DNA of 32,000 bases from Candidatus Micrarchaeum sp. (lineage in GTDB: Archaea > Micrarchaeota > Micrarchaeia > Micrarchaeales > Micrarchaeaceae). The DNA is taken from the NCBI RefSeq assembly GCF_016806735.1, contig NZ_CP060530.1:840001-872000 (forward strand), written 5' to 3'. A model generated the notes under the pieces. The model was not told the DNA's origin and ran no database searches. It saw nothing but the letters and a program-made list of their open reading frames with translations. The position numbers and the translations under genes were made by a program. Of this stretch, positions 31,620-32,000 are shown piece after piece (the first letter of the stretch is position 1; each line of letters starts with the position of its first letter).

Positions 31620-32000
31620 TTGGATATATTAAAGAGAAATTTAAAGGCATCGCTCGCGATTCTAGCAAGCTTACTAATTATGAGCGGCACCATAGCATTG
31701 GCATTGGGAAACGTGGCTTTTGCAAGCTCATCGAATACAGTTACAGCAAATGTTGCTGTCGAAGGGGTGTGCTACATAAGCCTAAGCCCTAATGCGATAT
31801 CGTTTGGTAGCTTATACCCTACGGCAACGCATGCTGACAATGTTTTGGTAACTGATAGCGACCCGTACGGAAATGTGGCGGCCAATGTATTAGTATCAGG
31901 TACTGATTGGGCAAGTTCAACTTACAACTTTGGTGTATCTAATACCACATGGAGCGCTACATCGTCAAACACGTTCTTAACTACAACTCAGCTTACAAAT
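31620..32000 (+). CDS. Small exported protein, free-standing paralogue of the giant proteins' C-terminal module (partial, runs off the window)
   Basis: Absent from the ORF track because it has no stop inside the window. TTG start 4 nt after GGTGA (31611-31615). Hand translation: LDILKRNLKASLAILASLLIMSGTIALALGNVAFASSSNTVTANVAVEGVCYISLSPNAISFGSLYPTATHADNVLVTDSDPYGNVAANVLVSGTDWASSTYNFGVSNTTWSATSSNTF... It parallels 'PPICTISLSSNSVSFGSLGPDSTYPDNVMVTDYNKGSAEAHVFVSGTNWT...FGVSNTTWSS'. Confidence 0.6.
   Translation, partial: MDILKRNLKASLAILASLLIMSGTIALALGNVAFASSSNTVTANVAVEGVCYISLSPNAISFGSLYPTATHADNVLVTDSDPYGNVAANVLVSGTDWASSTYNFGVSNTTWSATSSNTFLTTTQLTN

Noticed and set aside
8385-32000. Visibly lower GC in the cassettes than in housekeeping genes, considered as evidence of horizontal acquisition. 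Single 60-nt lines gave 33-37% in the giants against 52-62% in ftsZ.
   Set aside because: Only spot counts were made. The bias is largely explained by the Asn/Ser/Thr/Tyr/Ile-rich composition of glycosylated surface proteins, and xpd also contains low-GC stretches. A sliding-window GC and codon-usage analysis would be needed before claiming foreign origin.

Overview
Archaeal chromosomal window. The housekeeping genes are clearly archaeal: ftsZ, a two-domain protein-disulfide oxidoreductase, icd, rad50, aEF-1beta with its usual small Zn-ribbon partner, xpd, a presenilin-type intramembrane protease and an mcm fragment. Codon usage is rich in AUA and AGG, and GGTGA/AGGTG Shine-Dalgarno-like motifs sit before several starts. 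No rRNA, tRNA, CRISPR array or recognisable IS/transposase was found. The main feature is two paralogous cassettes of about 10 kb, in the same orientation and about 13.8 kb apart (8385-18620, and 22387 to beyond 32000). Each has a divergently transcribed polytopic membrane protein. Each then has a + strand string of three genes: (i) an exported, C-terminally anchored beta-sandwich glycoprotein of about 670 aa, (ii) a cytoplasmic MinD/ParA-type ATPase that overlaps or abuts gene (i), and (iii) a secreted, anchorless repeat protein of about 1,800 aa. The giant protein is built from 517-aa super-repeats and ends in a Cys-bracketed, pilin-like module. A small exported protein follows. No known pilus, archaellum or sorting machinery is present, so I read this as a candidate undescribed cell-surface (adhesin or filament) system governed by a dedicated MinD/ParA ATPase. 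Other points are a base-perfect 1551-bp in-frame tandem duplication in the second giant gene and mosaic, gene-conversion-like repeats in the first. There is also a breakpoint at about 22430 that fuses a 3'-truncated cassette membrane gene to a 5'-truncated mcm. All family assignments come from motifs read by eye; no database search, alignment statistic or structure prediction was run. Domain boundaries are approximate.
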